A model generated the notes under the pieces. It searched no databases. It worked only from the letters and a program-made list of their open reading frames with translations, and had not been told where the DNA came from. A stretch of DNA of 64,000 bases from Octopus sinensis (taxonomy: Eukaryota). Made by a program: the position numbers and the translations under genes. Positions within the stretch are counted from its first letter, which is position 1; each line of letters opens with the position of its first letter. Where the stretch lies: NCBI RefSeq assembly GCF_006345805.1, contig NC_042998.1:121706001-121770000 (forward strand), read 5' to 3'. Positions 38,755 to 52,400 of the stretch are shown here, in pieces.

Positions 38755-39315
38755 AATGGAAAAGGAAATGAAAGAGCAACTGAGGACGGAATATTTCTGA
38801 AGACTAAGGTTGGTGTTGCATTCAAAATTGAATGAGAATTGCAAAATCCTGTGGGATGCAATGATTCAGTGCGATCACCTGACCAGATATCAGAAACTGG
38901 ACATTTTTTGGGGGTGAATACAAAAGAAAGAACATGCATGATAAATGACATAGCATGCACCAGTGACAACAGGATCAATGAGAAAGAAGAAAAGAAATAA
39001 ACAACTATGACAATTTAAAGTGGGAAATATGAAGGTTGTGGTCAATGAGGAGAGTGGATGTGATACAAATAGTAATTGGTGCACTTGGAAGTATCAGCAC
39101 CCAACTATCAACATGGCTGAAAAAGATTGGTGCAAGCATGAAGGTAGAACACCTACAAAGATCAACATTGTTTGGAACTGCAAGAATTCTTTGTAAGGTT
39201 CTTGAAGCATGACTATAAACATGTGTCACCTTAGTCTGTTGGCTGTGGATAACTGACACTTTCCATCATACCCAGCAAAATAAGCAGTGAGTTTCATCAC
39301 ATAATAATAATAATA
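38755..39315 (+). mobile_element. Second R4/Dong-like fragment, different 3' UTR, internally deleted
   Basis: KEMKEQLRTEYF..RL.L.SKLN is fused to NENCKILWDAMIQCDH; (AAT)n tail at about 39301. Confidence 0.75.
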
Positions 39316-39319
39316 ATGC

Positions 39320-39830
39320 TTTGTAATTGATGTATCAATACCAACAGATGACAGTGTTTCTCTAAAAGAAATGGAGAAACTTTCAAAGACCTGGAAATAG
39401 AGGCAACCCGAATGTGGAATCTAAAAACAAAAACAATTCCTATCATAGTAAGCACATTCATCACCATCATCGTTTTTACATCCACTTTTCATGCTGGCAT
39501 AGGTTTGACGGTTTGACTGAGTGAGTGTAGTGGGTGCTTTTAGGTATGATAAAAATACATAACAAAAATAGACAAATACATAACAAAAACACCAGGTCTA
39601 ACAAGTATATATATAATATACACAAAATAGCACTACTAGGCACTGCACACATTGTATATAAAACATTTTCAATACAGTAAAAATAAGAGCATCACAACAA
39701 ACCACAGCACATACCCAAGGCACACAGAGTTGCGCTCGGTAGTGAAGTGGAAGTACGCTATAAAAATAAAACTACTGAATGATAATAATAATAATAATAT
39801 TAATAATAATAACAACAACAATAATAATAA
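39320..39830 (+). mobile_element. Third R4/Dong-like 3' fragment, interrupted by an RTE-tail piece
   Basis: IDVSIPTDDSVSLKEMEKLSK..DLEIEATRMWNLKTKTIPIIV; its 3' UTR (also seen alone at about 14760-14905) is followed by (AAT)n. Confidence 0.75.
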
Positions 39831-41689
39831 TAATGATTAACTATCTGCAACTGTGATTATTATTATTTTTAATATCAATGTTGTTCTGAGTTTTCTCTTA
39901 GTTGAATTAAGTGATAACCTTGAAGTGAATGCCTGTCATAAGATATTCTCTCATGTACACCATATGTTAAATGGAACTTAGAATCAGGAATCTGGTGAAC
40001 GAGTACTTGAGTGACTACTTGTTACCTTCTCTAAATCTACAGTAAGACCTCATTTCAGAATTACAGATACTTATTACATATGGAAACTAACTTAACATAT
40101 GCCTTTGTATGTGAACTGAGTCAGTGAAAATTAAATGCATTGGCTATAATGCAGTGATAAGATACAAGATGTTAACACTTGAGCTGTCCCAGCACTCTTG
40201 TTTTGTAATTATTACTGACGGTTCAAGAAAAGAGGACTGAAATATAAATACTGAAGTTCAAGAAGATTAGTGGTGCTAGAATTTCCACATTAGAAAGTAT
40301 CTTTAGTAAAAGCAATCATTAACCAATGTAGGCCTCTATGTATGATGGCCTGGCTTGCAAGAAGTAACAACCTAATCTCTTTTAAATAACGTCTAATAAT
40401 TTTAAATAAAGAATGCAATTATTCAATACATTGGATAATGTAGTCCCTAATATACAAAAAGACAAGCTCGTCATATTTGGAATTCTTTTGATTATAGATC
40501 AGAGTAAGATTGTGAGCTTAATAGAAACAACACTAAAAACTAACGAGGTAGTTTCCATACAGATGCTTGACCTTATCGAAATAGTAGCCAAATCATACCA
40601 ACTATCTTAAAGGAAAGAAAGATTCATTCAATTATGTGGTTATAGACACTCTATCTTTGAATAGCATAGCTGGAATACTTTTTATGATAGGCCTAATTGA
40701 TTTTTAGTTCAACAACAACAACATGAGCGAATGTCTCTTCCATAAAGGGCTTCTGCTAAATAATGTTAGATATATCTCTGCTTCATGGCAAACTAACAAA
40801 TGTAATTATATAGTATTTATTGAAGATCCATTCAAATATATTTCTCAAAGCAGAACTAATTAGAGAAAAAATATAGATGGAAACAACAAAATCTGAAGTT
40901 AATAATGGGGAAAATCTAATTTTCGTTCAGCTTTAACATCTAAATAAATGTATATTCTCAGATATTTTCTTTTTTTTAAATTCCTTTTTGTAGTTTCAGT
41001 CATTAAACTGCAGCCATAATGGGGCAACAATTTTAAGGGATTTTGTTGATTACATTGATCCCAAGATTTCAGTTTCGGATAAAGAATTGATTAGAGTCAC
41101 CTCTGTTCTTTACTGGTTCTTATTTTACCAATCACAGAAAGACGAGGGGCAAATTCTGACTTAGTAGGATTTGAAGTTCAAACATAGAAAAACGTAATTA
41201 AATATTGATTTCTAATAAAGGTACAGGGCCACAAATATTAATCTAAAATTATGCATTGTATGTTTAGAGTACAATTTCTAAGTACAAATTCTTACACTTG
41301 CTAGCTTGCTCTTTAATTTCTTGTTAATATAAATCCTTATTGCAAGGTTAAAGGAGTGGTAGAGCTTTGAACTTTTGGTATTTAATATATCTCTTTAAGT
41401 TCTATGTTCAATTATAATTCTAGTTGCCTTTAACTTCCATGGTCATGTGGATAATGATTGGGTCCAAGTCTTCATGTGTTGAGGATAGGAACAGACAGAC
41501 AGACAGACTCACAGACAGACAGACACACATACAAACAACCCTCTTTTGTAACTTTGTGCTGATATCCCTCTTATATATGCCAACTGTGTGTTTCTTACAT
41601 TGTAAGCAGACAGCGAATCACTGATTTTGTAAAGAAAACACACCAGTATAACATGCCCTCATGATTATGTTAAACATTTATAAATCTAC

Positions 41690-42150
41690 AAGGTGCTTTC
41701 CAGAAGTTTTGAGACTTTTTCAGAAGAGACATTTATTAATTTCAAAGAAGTACAAAACTCTAATCTTCTTCAAAGTAGAATTCTCTGACTTTAATGCTCT
41801 GCAGCTATTTCATGAAGGCCCCATTGAAGCCCTCCAAAGTGGAAGTGTCCAGGACCCTTCCTCCATCTACTTTACAGATGTGTAGTAAAGATATAAGGAT
41901 GGAATTTGGTATCTTGAAATTGAAATGGAGAAAAAGAGCAAAGTGTAAGGGCATAGTATTGCCAAACGAAGAGAGAATGGAAGACATTGCTGTTGAAATA
42001 GGAGATCATCATGAGGCTCACAGTGGACGTGCCTTCACTGATCTCTTGTGCCAGCAAAAAACAGATGCTTGGCTCAATGAAATAAGAGCCAGTTGATCAC
42101 TGGCATTGATGCAATTGACTTACTCTCTCTCCTGAAATTGCTGGCCTTGT
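41690..42150 (-). mobile_element. Internally deleted mariner carrying a LINE-derived filler
   Basis: TIR-like TACAAGGTGCTTTCCAGAAGTTTTGAG; weak transposase C-terminal (FYFEED*) and N-terminal remnants flank 41873-41985, which matches the R4 RT at 37257-37367. Confidence 0.55.
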
Positions 42151-42879
42151 GCTAAAATTTGAAACCAATTTTCTAGCTCTGGCCAACTTTGTCTTTCAAC
42201 CCTTAAGGTATAGGGGCTGATGGTATTGATGAATTCCCTTAAAACTGCTATGCTTATGCCTAAAATAAAAAAAAAAATATTAAGTAGGTCTCTGATGAAA
42301 GATATTCCAGCTGCAACCCACCTGTCTTTTGTTTTCAGACACTTTGTACCTAGGACTGCATTATCTTATGTATCTTTACTTTTTAAAGATAGTTGGATGT
42401 GATTCTAGGTTGCTATATCTAACAGATGGTCAAGCAACTGCATAGAGCTTCCCTTGTTCAGTCACGAGGAAAAAGTTTAAGCAATAGATACACTTGAAAA
42501 GCATGTTGTGTTGTCCAAAATATACAATAAAATCTTCAAGGTTATTTAGTTCATTTATCTATTTCAGAGTAAATGCAACAGAAGTTATTGAAATGTTTAA
42601 AATTAGCCTTTACTTATTGAACCTGATCTCTCTTTTTTTCCCCTTTATTTTCCATCAAAAGAGAAAAATCAATTTCTGTCAAAAGAATAAGACATTTTCT
42701 CCAAATTTGTCACCTAACAATGCATTAATGATTGATTTCAAAACAGTTTTTGATCTTTATAGGTAGGAGTGTCCTACTTGTGTAGTTAATCTTATATACA
42801 GTAATGACACAAATCCATACTTATATACCTGTGTGTGTGTGCTTGCGTGTGTGTTTGTGTGAGCGTGTGTGTTTCATTG

Positions 42880-43640
42880 AATACATGATTGTTTTTAAAT
42901 TTTATCATTTTTATTTTTATTTTAGATTTTTCATAATATTAGTATTTTATAGTTAGTTTGGAACATCAGAGTCCCTAAATTCATATTTGACATTTCTAAA
43001 CCTCCATACTCTCATTTTCAAGAACTGTATATTTTGTTTTCTGTGTTGCTTCATGTACACTTTTCCACCAAAGGTGTTTTATCTATAGCTCCCTACATCA
43101 GTAGTCATGTGTTGATTTGTTTGCCGTGGTCAAATTTTTGACCATTAAGGTTTTTTATGTCATTAGCCACATGTTAATTTTTTTATATGTTTGTGTGTTG
43201 TTTGGATATTGATTTTGACTTTGCCTTTGTGATATTAATATGATTTCCATAATGAATCTTCTATTTGGGGAAGATTTATATAAAGTATGTAAGTATTCTT
43301 CTTTAGTATTGTCTTATCTAATTATATTTTGTGGTATAATGTTTTGCAATATCTCCATGTTGTAAATGCATGGTGAACCTATGTGAAAAGGTTGTACTGG
43401 TGTGTCCAATGTAACAGCTAGATTCTGTAGTTTGCGACTTTCAGTTTTGCTGTCAAATTTACAAATTACATTGGGCATACGTATTTTGTTCTTGGGTTTA
43501 CATACTTGTGTTATGTTACTGATAACAAAGTTTTTGCTTTTGGCATTTTTATAATATATTATTTATTTAAGTTTATGGTTGGGTGTATTTTGTAGTCCAT
43601 TTATCTAGTGTTTCAATTTTACATTTGTCTGTTCATTAAT
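42880..43640 (-). mobile_element. Decayed Penelope-like element (GIY-YIG region and pLTR)
   Basis: Minus translation CYIGHTSTTFSHRFTMHLQHG matches the GIY-YIG 'YIG.T...L..R...H' motif. Confidence 0.6.
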
Positions 43641-43786
43641 TTTCATGTATTTGATTCAGGTAATAGATTTTATGTGTGATTTTTGTTGAAGAAACAAATA
43701 CGATAGGTACCCTCTCCATATTAGATGTAGAAAGTTTGTTCCCTAATGTCCCAGTGGCAGAACAAATAGAAATCAGTACAGGGAAT

Positions 43787-44175
43787 GGTGCAGGCATGGC
43801 TGTGTGGAAAGAAGTTTGCTTCCCAATCACATGGTTCTGGGTTCAGTCCCACTGTGTGGTACCTTGGATAAGTGTCTTCTGCTATAGCCTCTGACTGACC
43901 AAAGCTTTGTGAGTGAATTTGGTAAACAGAAACTGAAAGAAGCCTGATGTATGTGTGTGTGTCTTTGTATTTGTGCTTGTTCCTCATCACTGCTTGACGA
44001 CCGGTGTTGGTGTTTTTATTTCCCCATGACTTAGCAGTTTGGTAAAAGAGACCAATAGAATATGTACCAGGCTTCAAAACAAAATAAGTACTGGGTTTGA
44101 TAAGTTCGACTAAATGTTTTTCAAGGTAGTGCTCCAGTATGGCAGCAGTTTAATGACTGGAACAAATAAATAAAA
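43787..44175 (+). mobile_element. Full-length tRNA-derived SINE with CORE-like segment (resembles octopus OR-type SINEs)
   Basis: A box TGGCTGTGTGG, B box GGTTCAGTCC, ACCTTGGATAAGTG, internal (TG)n and A-rich tail; many partial copies in the window. Confidence 0.85.
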
Positions 44176-44989
44176 AAAAGGCTTGTTTCAATGTTACTTG
44201 TTCCCAGTTTTCCATGTAAGCATGTCCAAGCTATTTCTTGTTTGATGAAATGTGATATTATTATCTTAATTGTAAACAAGGGGACATCTGCATCAGGAAG
44301 GGCATTCAATCGTAGAAAACTCTTCCCCAATATACTTTCAGCTAACCCATGCAAGCATGGAAAAGTAGAGATTAAAGCAATAATAATGATGATGATGAAT
44401 ATATAGATGTACTTTGGGAGTGTCTTACAGTCAATAAAACACAGGCATTCATTGTATTTGACTTCTGTTTCATTATGAATTAATCAAGTGATTAGTTAAT
44501 TAATTACTCCATTAATCAATTAACTGATTAGTTGGCTTGTCAAAGTCCTTTCATTACATTCAGTGATCTTATTAATGATGATGTTTCATATATGCGCTAC
44601 TTTTATGCTTGTAGTCACTCAATGCTGTGTGGTAGTTATTTTTGAAGTCTAATGATAAATATATTTGAAATAATCTTGTTTTTATATCTGTAATAATAAA
44701 CTCTGTGTGTGTGTGCATATATATATGTATATATACGTATGTGTGTGTATATATATATGTATATATATATGTGTGTGTGTGTATGTAAGATAGGCACAGG
44801 TATAGCTATGTGATATGAAATTTGCTTCTTAACCGCATGGTTGCATGATCAGTTGCCTTGTGCGGCACCTTCAGCAAGTGTCTTCTGCTATAGCTGCAGG
44901 CTGGCAAAAGCTTTGTGAGTGGATTTGGTAGATTTTAGGAGACTGAAAGAAGGCCATTGTATATATATATATATAAAAAATAAATGTTC

Positions 44990-45225
44990 CCTTTTAAAGC
45001 CTTGCCAGGCTCATGGACCCGGTTTCCTGGTTTCAATGGCATATGTGTTCCCCAGCTGGATGGGATGCCAGTCCATTGTAGTGTTACTCATTTTTGCCAG
45101 CTGAGTGGAATGGAGCAACGTGAAATGAAGTGTTTTGCTCAAGAACACAATGTGTCGCCTGGTCCAGGAATCAAAACAACAATCTTACGATCATGATGCT
45201 GACACCCTAACCACTAAGCCATGTG
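44990..45225 (-). mobile_element. tRNA-derived SINE, third family (related copy at about 46920-47220)
   Basis: Both share ACTCATTTTTGCCAGC.GAGTGGA.TGGAGCAAC.TGAAAT and CCCTAACCACTAAGCCATG (reverse A box). Confidence 0.7.
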
Positions 45226-45230
45226 CCTCC

Positions 45231-45328
<98 letters not shown>

Positions 45329-45925
45329 TGTGTGCATGCATAGTTGTGTACGTGTATGTGTGTGTGTGTGAGGGTATGTGTGTGTGTGTGTGTGTGTGTA
45401 TGTGTTTATTTTGGGCTTCTAAACAAGTGCTAACATCATGCAGGCAGTGTCCTACTTTTTCAATGTTCCATGGAAACATGCCTGGTCATGGGAAAATATT
45501 ACCTTACTCGGAAATAGGTGAGGGTTGGCAATCAGAAAAGCATCTGGTTGTAGAAAATCTGCCTCGACAAATTCTGTCTGCTCCATGTGAGCATGGAAAA
45601 GTGGACATTAAAATGATAATGATGGTGATGATATATTTAGATATAAACAATAGACTTCCATACAATTGCTATATGCTGATTTCATTCACAGGAAATTGGT
45701 CAGCTTAAGGCTACATTAGAAGGCATTTGCCTAAGATACCATGCAGTGAAATAGAATGCAAGACCATGTAGAAAGAAGGCAAACTCTATATCCACACAAC
45801 CATGTCTGGTGGTGATGGTGATATGTGTGTATAAGGATGTTAAAATCCAATGAAGAACCACAAAACACTTGGAAGAATAGAAATACAACAAAAACAACAA
45901 CACTGGCAACAGCAGTAACAGTAGA

Positions 45926-46280
45926 GGTGCAATGGCCCAGTGGTTAGGGCAGCGGACTTGTGGTCGGATGATCGTGGTTTCGATTCCCAGACTGGGCATT
46001 GTGTGTGTTTATTAAGCGAAAACACCTAAAGGTCCACGAGGCTCCGGCAGGGGATGGTGACGACCCCTGTTGTACTCTTTTGCTCCAACTTTCTCTCACT
46101 CTTCCTTCCTGTTTCTTGTCCCCGACTTCCTACACAACCACTGAGCCTGGATGCACATTCATCCATCTCGGTGTCGGGGATTGACCTGCTTTCTCTTCTG
46201 CGGGTCTTACAAAAAGCAAAGGATCACGTTTTGGACTTCTCCCATCTTGCGAGCTCTGGGATGAAGACCGTTCACTCAAC
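45926..46280 (+). mobile_element. tRNA-derived SINE, second-family head with an alternative 3' tail
   Basis: Aligns with 31720-31897 (minus) up to 46113, then unrelated; ends in CAACAGCAAC repeats. Confidence 0.8.
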
Positions 46281-47559
46281 AGCAACAGCAGTAACAACTA
46301 TGATATCAACAGATATATACCATCATTGTCGTCATCCTCCTCATCATCATTTAATGTCCATCTTCCAAGCTGGCATGGATTGGATGGTTTGACAGGAGTT
46401 GGCAAACCAGAGAACTGAATCAAGGTCTATTGTCTGCTTTGGCATAGTTTCAATGGCTGGATGCTCTTCCTAATATGCCAACCTCTTTACAGACTGAGTG
46501 CTTTTTACTTGGTACCAGCACCATATAACTTGCAAGACAAAACCCCTTGGCTGGAGAGGGAGTGATACAAAGGGAGGTGGCTTTGTGCTGGCTGAGAGGT
46601 TAAAGTACAATAGAGGGATAGAGATAGGTGTCTTACTATACAGGACATACTTGGCTACCTCTGTAGGGAAAGAAAGAAGAGGAAGGAGTGAAAAAGTTAG
46701 AGAAGGAGAGATAGATAGATAGATAGATAGATAAACAGATAGGTAAATAGACAGATAGGTAGCTAGCTAGATAGATAGAGAGAGAGAGACAGAGAGAGAT
46801 GGAGGGAGAGAAGGAGAGAAAGAGACAGAGATATAAGTAGATGGTGTGTGGACATGGCCACAAAGTATGGTGTGTATGAGAATATTAGTAGTACAGAGGG
46901 GATTAGAGCACTGTCAATTATGACAATGAAGGACTCAGCTGATACGATCAATGGAATAGCTTGCTCATGAAATTAACATCCAAGTGGCTGAGCACTCCAC
47001 AAACACGTGTACCCTTATAGTTCTCAGAGAGATTCAGCATGACACAGAGTGTGAGAAGGCCAGCACTTTGAAATACTGGTAGTACTCATTTTTGCCAGCC
47101 GAGTGGACTGGAGCAACATGAAATAAAGTATCTTGCTCAAGGACACAACACGTCGCTGAGAATTGAACTCATGACCATACAATTGTGAGCAGAATTCCCT
47201 AACCACTAAGCCATGCACCTTCATACAGAGGGGATAGAGGGAGATGTTTCGCAAGAGAGTGTGAGGGGTGATGTTTAGAGATGGGGAAGAGGTGCTTGTA
47301 GCAAGTGATGGTGAAAGAAATTGGTGTGGTGGGGATGGTGGCCATGGTAGATAAGCGAGGGCATGGAGAGTGTAGGCATGTGAAGGAGAGTGGAGGGACC
47401 TGCAATGGGTGTTGGAAAGAAAAGTTGTGGAGGAGTTTTGATAGTGGACAGATTATGTATGAGGACAGCATGGCTGGAAAGGATATGCCTATGTGTGTGG
47501 CAATGATTTTACTTAAGTTGACATGTTTTCTAAAGCACAGTAAATCACCAGAAATCTCA

Positions 47560-47950
47560 GTTCCTTGTCATCTCTTTGAAGTTCGACATCTGAAGACCAT
47601 TTCTTACCACTTTGTCTTATGTCTTCCTAAGTCTACCTCTCTCACAGGTTCTCTCCTCAATAAGAGATCTGCAGCTGTCTTCATCCATATGCATTACATA
47701 ACCATAGCAGTGCAGTCTTTTCTCTTGCACACTACATTTGGTGCCCCTTGTACCCAATTTTTCTCTTAAAACATTTACGCTGTCATACATGCACATTGAC
47801 ATTGCACATCCAAGCAGAGCATTCTGGCTTCATTTGTTTCAAGCCTTTGCATGTTCTCTCCATGTTTTGCTGCCATGTAGCATAGCAGTCGGTGCAAAGA
47901 CTTCATACAATCTATCTTTCACTTTGAAGGAGTTACCTACTTAGGTAATA
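47560..47950 (-). mobile_element. RTE LINE C-terminal fragment
   Basis: ORF 47617-47802 VLREKLGTRGTKCSVQEKRLHCYGYVMH...ERGRLRKT, homologous to 8049-8282. Confidence 0.8.
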
Positions 47951-48529
47951 GGTCTCTGAACTCTGCCCACGTGATTCTTATTCTAGTAGCTATACTTACA
48001 CACAGTCACACACACACACACACACACAAATAAGTGTATAAAACACACATAGATATAAGTACTCATAGGCACACACATGCATGTATCCCGGTTTAATGCT
48101 AATTTGCTAGAGCAGTTTTTTTTCTTGGAGCCATTAAGTTAAGTGGGACAGCTTTTGATTAATTTGATAGTTGTAGGTAAGAAACTATATTTCTTTCCCA
48201 CCATAATCTCACATGAATTAGTTCTACCCAATTTCTTACCCACCATAAGTGGAAAACAATCTACTTGTCCAAACAGCTGAAAGTTCATTGAAGATTTCCT
48301 CAGCACCTTCAAAGAGCTTTTAGCTGAAATAGTCATACAGTTAGTGGAGGTTGGTTTGATAAATTCAAGTGAAACATAACCTCTACAGTATTGGTATGTC
48401 CGGTGGTTAATGAATTTCTCTAATCTGTTAATGGTATCACTGAGATTAACAGTTACCCTTTCCAACATGTATTCAATGGAGACAACACATGCCTTTTCTT
48501 AAAGAGAATGACAACCTTCACGTTTGTCT

Positions 48530-49400
48530 CTTAGGAACAAAGAAAAATGTGCTTGGGTTCAAGGCTAGAAAAAATTGTTTAACTCTACTATGCAGTGGTA
48601 GCACTTTAGAAAACTCAAAATTAAAGCCATTAATTACTTTACATTAAGAAATAGTGACTAGCGAGGGGAATATCAAAAGTGCATCAACTTGTGATTTGGA
48701 AGGCTTGGGTGACAATAGAGATTTTCCTGCAGTGGTTTGTGTTATACTTTTGTCTAACAGTGAAAAGATACCAGGAACATAAGGCATTGTTGATGATTGA
48801 TTATCTCCAGGCTAACCACTAAATCTCAACAACCTTCAGGCCCACTTTCCTTTGAAGTAATTTATCTTAACCATGGGTCAGGAGGTAATTTCTAATATCA
48901 AAGCCTACAACTTTCATTGCACTTTCAAACAAAATATCAAAGAAACAAATAGCCAGGACAAACAATCTCTGAGGGACTACTATATCAAGAAGGCCATAGA
49001 TTATATCAAAGCATGCTTGGATGAAATAAGCAAGAACTGCATCAGCAGTTTGGCATGCAATGATTTCTAGGAATTTTATGAAGAAATCGTATCAGTAGTA
49101 ATCAATGACATCTTTAAACAAGCTGATGAAGTTAGAATGCAAAATGACAATGCAGAAAATTTGGAGAAGTTAATAGAATCATGGTGAAAATTTATCTGGT
49201 GAAGGGCTGCAAAAGCTAGAACAGTAATGCACCCAGAATGAAACTGAAAACTCTACAATAAAGCCGCTAACACCAGAAAAAATTCTTTTTACTAAATTCC
49301 TCAATGACATCTTCACCAAATCATAGAAGTCATGAATCAGTTTAGAGTGAATGACCTTAAATGGAAGAACAGAAGAAAATCAGAAAGAAGTATTCTGGAC
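48530..49400 (+). pseudogene. pogo/Tigger DDE transposase remnant
   Basis: Ordered motifs GFKARK, KAWVTIEIFLQWF...VKRY...KALLMID and MGQEVISNIKAY (MDQGVI..KAYY). Confidence 0.75.
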
Positions 49401-52400
49401 ATGATGTCTTGTTAGCAGGAAGTGCTTTGTGAGAGAAAGGTCAAGAAAATGCAGATGGTGTCAGACATATTCTTTGAAAAGCAATCAATATATAAGGAAG
49501 AACCACAACTTAAACCTTCATCCCAGATGTAGCATCTTCTGTTCTATTTCAACTGTTGCTTTTCAAAAATGAATAAATGATGGGTAGGTTTGTGTACTCA
49601 TGAGTAAAGATGATTAACCTGTTCCATAATTTTAGAGTGACATTAGATCTTAAACTTGATTTCTAATTTTATCTTCATTTTTAGATCACAATATGTAATA
49701 TCATACTGTGTGAAGGTATCTAAAGTTATTAAATGTTTTGGAAGGTGTGATAATGAGTTTCTGGATTTTTCAATTATTTGGTGATGCTTATTACATTCAT
49801 TTGTGTTCATATTACTGTTAAAAATAGCTTGTGCTTCTATTTATGCTATGTTATAATGACCCCATATAGCAATGTTTGTTTAACACTATATTTTTTAGAA
49901 CATTAACCAAAATATTACTACAAATATATAACTAGAACATAAAAACATTCACCAATAGGTTTTGAGAAACAAATATACAGCTCAGAGTGAGTGACTGCAT
50001 GGAGGAAGTGCATCAATAAAGTTACAAGATGTGATGAATGAAATCTGATAAACCAAATAATCAATTAGTTTTTTTAATTGAATAATTTAATTAACTAATT
50101 ATCATCTAATTAACTCATAAGAAAACTGAAGTGAAATACAGCCAATGCATGTTTCTTATTGGCAGTTTGACCACCCCCACCAAAGTACAACAGTATCTGC
50201 TTCAAAACACAATTTCACATTAAAATTTTTACAAAACAAATAAAAAATGAAGAGTGTGTCCATGCATGCACATGCATGCACATGCATGTGTGTGTGTGTA
50301 GCTTAGTGTTTAAGATGTTAGACTCACAATCATAAATTTATTGTTTTGATTCCCAAATTGGGCAATATATTATGCTTTTGAGCAAAACACTTCATTTCTT
50401 GTTTCTCCAGTCTGGTCACCTGAATACGAGCATCAGCAATTGCTGGGAGGAATGAACTCTGAGATGAATGGCAGTCTGTCCAGTGGAGTAGTAATATACT
50501 CTCTTGGTCACTTGTATGTTATATGAAGCAGATTAAGCTCTGGCCTTGGGAATCAATAGGGTCATGGTAAACTTATTTGCCTTATATATATATATGTGTG
50601 TGTGTGTGTAATATGTATGCATGTATCTGTAAATATGTGAGTCTCCATGTGTATGTATACACATATACATGTATGTGAGTGTGTAAGGGTAGAGTGTGTC
50701 TATGTGTGTGCATGCATTCATAAAAGTCTATGCTGTCCAGTATCTGTAACAACACAACACACCTTCCTACAATGTAAAGTTCTTGATGATAGTGTCCCTA
50801 TCAATATAGACATTTCAAAAATATGAAACACACAACAAAGATGGTTGATTTTTCTCTATTGCAATGTTTGCTGGGTGACAAAGGACCTTGATAAAGATCT
50901 AGACACTGTGACACTTGTTGAACTCAAGACATCTCGGAAAAGAGACTTTAAAATAAGGATACCACAACCACCACTATCTCTCAGTCCCTAACCACAGTTG
51001 ACTCTGCTTTTGCCATTACTGTCGTCATGGTTTTTTTATATCCACTTTTCTCATTCTGACATGGATTAGACAATACATCATGAGAAAGTGAGAGTACTAT
51101 ATGGCCACCATTACTAGTTTTCAGGTAAGTTACTTTATTTCATATGCCTTCACATATTGAACTCTGGGATATATTATTTATGAAGGACATAAACAATATG
51201 TCATCAATACCCAAGTGATGTTAATACAAAGTCATATGGAGATACGTATACACACACATGTACACATATACGTACACCCACAGTTATCTGACAAGCTTCA
51301 ATTCAGTTTCTCTTTACCTGTTTCATTCACAAAGCATTGGTTAAGACTATAACAGAAGGTACTTGCTGAAGGTACTCACAACAGCTTCTTTAACCATCCA
51401 CAGAGACACTATTTAGATTTGTAATTTTTACATTTTGGTTTTCTCCAACCATTATTAAAATTCTGTAAAATGTCCTCCCTTTCTCTTTGTTTCTCTCTTA
51501 TCCATTACTCACTCTTCTCTCATTAATGTACCTTCCCACCCTCACTGTCTCTCTTCTATCATGCTGCCTGTCTAATGAGGAATGCCTTTGCATTCAAAAT
51601 GCTTGTATTCAAATCTTCTTTGCACTATCACTGCTTTTTTTGCTTTTTAACCATCACTTTTTATCTCATTACTACCTCTCCTATAACTCATTACTGACAC
51701 CAGCACTCACACTCTCATATGATGATCCATCTTAATTGTTATCCTTCACTCTTTCACAACTACTTCTCTCTATTGCTTATTGTTGATATTTGTCACTGTC
51801 TCCCATTATTCTCACATTACTTTCTCTTCTATTACTTTATCTCCTTTCTATAACTCTCTCTGTTTCCCCATGTTGTTTCTACTGAATCTCCTTGCCAGTA
51901 ATCACCATATAGCTGCCAGTCACACACTCTCTCTCTTTCTTTCTTCTTTTACTCTCTTTTCTATTAACCTTTTGTTCTGATACTCTCTCTGTTCAGATGA
52001 GAAGACCTGCTCATTCTGGTAAGCAAATGAACTGGAATTATGTTGGGTAGAAAGGACAATTTTTATCTTACTAGTGAGAAGACAATAGTTCTGGTGCCAT
52101 AATAAAATATATCTAGTACACTCTGTAAAATGGTTTATGAATGAATAGAGATTATGTAGGATAGAGAGGAATCTTTAGTCTTGCCAGAAGAATCTTTAGT
52201 CTCTCTGGCACTGATGCACTCTATGAAGGCAGCAGCCATAGCATTCTAAAAATGCAACATAAATAACTTATGGCCTTTGACCCATCTGTAAGGACAGTAA
52301 CTCTGAATAAGGACCAGCTCAGTTTGAGCAATATTTTCAGCCATTGCAAGCCTAGAAAAATGAATGGAAAATGATGATTGTGTTGCTAATGGTGATACTC

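Noticed and set aside
31830-46010. tRNA-like A and B boxes as tRNA genes
   Set aside because: They continue into SINE bodies and tails and do not form complete cloverleaves.
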